Source of the DNA: Promethearchaeota archaeon
GTDB taxonomy: Archaea; Asgardarchaeota; Lokiarchaeia; Sigyniarchaeales; SOKP01
Length of the DNA stretch: 18,115 nucleotides
Direction of reading: 5' to 3'
Assembly (NCBI GenBank): GCA_018238625.1
Contig: JABCSY010000087.1
Span: 1 to 18,115 of the forward strand
The position numbers and the translations under genes are program-made. Position 1 is the stretch's first letter; every line of letters begins with the position of its first letter. This document shows, piece by piece, positions 16,938-18,115 of the stretch. Under the pieces are notes generated by a model. The model searched no databases, had not been told where the DNA came from, and worked only from the letters and a program-made list of their open reading frames with translations.

Positions 16938-17053
16938 GTTTTTAGTAAATCACAAATATAATCAAAGCATGACAAAAGATATTATTAGCATATTTTAACT
17001 GAATAAATGGAGAAATAATCATTATATAATATTGAGAAGATTCGAACAATGTA

Positions 17054-17221
17054 TTAGATTAGATATGGGCCCGTTATTGATTCTTTATTTCGTTTGATAT
17101 CCTTAGGTGTTCCTACTGCAATAACTTTCCCTCCTTTTGGACCACCTTCAGGTCCTAATTCGATTAAATAATCAGTATTCAATAATATTTCAGGATCTAA
17201 TAAATTAAAATAAGAAATCAC
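17054..17221 (-). pseudogene. uvrA: C-terminal remnant of excinuclease ABC subunit A
   Basis: Translation DPEILLNTDYLIELGPEGGPKGGKVIAVGTPKDIKRNKESITGPYLI* matches the UvrA terminus (AD.IIDLGPEGG..GG.IVA.GTPE.......S.TG.YL). No upstream UvrA sequence; in-frame TAA at 17251-17249. Confidence 0.8.
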
Positions 17222-17244
17222 ATTAATTCTATATTTAAATCTCT

Positions 17245-17266
17245 TAATTTAGTTATAACTAAATTA
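17245..17266. repeat. Perfect 22-bp palindrome
   Basis: TAATTTAGTTATAACTAAATTA equals its own reverse complement. Confidence 0.7.
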
Positions 17267-17608
17267 TTGAAAAAAATATTATCTTAAAATCATTTTAAGC
17301 ATAGTGACTATCATGAAAAATTATTTTATCAAAAAAGTTATTATAAAATATTACAATTTACGATCCTTCTATAATTTAAATTCATTCAATTGAATAAAAA
17401 TATTTATATACAACCTTTTATATAATTTATTAGGTATGCCTAATTTTTAACAAAAAGAATTATAATTCCTTTAAAAGTAGGAAGAAATTAGAAATATTAT
17501 AACTTTTAGAGAGGAATTGAAGAAATACTCATATAATAATCAAGATAGATAGTTTAAGTAAAAGATTTTTAATATTAAAAGAAATTGAAAGAAAGAAGAT
17601 GAGTAATT

Positions 17609-18115
17609 ATGACAAGTGAAAATATTAAAGATGAAATTAAGACTAATATGTTTCAAGTCTTAATAATAAGTATTTCAATGTTCTTAACGATTATATCAGT
17701 TTCGTTATTACACACAAATGAATACGAATTTATTTCTCTTCGTTTTGGTATAACGGGAGAAACTGCTTATTTTGACATTGTCCTTTATTTATCATATTTA
17801 ATTTGGGGAATAATTACTGGTATTTTCGCGGATCGTTTTGGAAAAAGAAAAAAATTTGTTATTATTGGGAGTGTGGGAACAATTATTTTCTTTTTCCTTA
17901 TGATTTCAACACCCCCTCCTTATTATGGGATTCTATTAATCTTTAGATTTGCACAAGGATGTTTTACAATTATGTGTTGGCAAATTTTAATGACGTTGAT
18001 ACTGGATATCTCAAATTCTGAAAATAGAGGGAAATGTTTAGGTATTTTAGGTATTTTTTTAGCTTTAGCTATGGGAATGGGTCCAATGTTAGGAGGAATG
18101 GTTGCTAACTATGGT
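17609..18115 (+). CDS. MFS transporter (truncated at window edge)
   Basis: Manual translation from ATG 17609: MTSENIKDE...GIFADRFGKRK (motif A), FRFAQG (motif B), ENRGKCLG...GPMLGG. Confidence 0.9.
   Translation, partial: MTSENIKDEIKTNMFQVLIISISMFLTIISVSLLHTNEYEFISLRFGITGETAYFDIVLYLSYLIWGIITGIFADRFGKRKKFVIIGSVGTIIFFFLMISTPPPYYGILLIFRFAQGCFTIMCWQILMTLILDISNSENRGKCLGILGIFLALAMGMGPMLGGMVANYG

Noticed and set aside
1-18115. CRISPR arrays, tRNA/rRNA, transposases or integrases
   Set aside because: No repeat-spacer periodicity, GC-rich structured RNA gene or mobile-element ORF was seen.

Overview
AT-rich archaeal DNA, almost certainly from an Asgard archaeon (Lokiarchaeia-like), judged from a highly eukaryote-like actin, a Loki-type profilin domain and archaeal BRE/TATA and oligo-T signals. 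Left to right: (1) truncated N-terminus of a probable P-loop ATPase; (2) a metal(loid) cluster comprising a class I SAM methyltransferase fused to an HgcA-like corrinoid/membrane protein, an HgcB-like ferredoxin, a CxC thioredoxin-like protein, a probable beta-grasp protein ending Gly-Cys-UGA-UGA followed by a eukaryote-type SECIS-like hairpin, Trx-type ArsC and a YdjM-like membrane hydrolase; (3) a Liv-type ABC importer with divergent binding protein, a HEAT-repeat protein, an acyl-CoA ligase and an HD hydrolase; (4) an actin gene with an 11-6-11 inverted repeat at its predicted promoter, followed by a profilin-like/TrmB-HTH fusion; (5) a uvrA C-terminal remnant and a truncated MFS transporter. 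The strongest novelty candidates are the self-contained SAM-to-cobamide methylation system (possibly with a new selenoprotein) and a possible actin-sensing transcription factor. All family calls come from motif recognition by eye; no searches were run.
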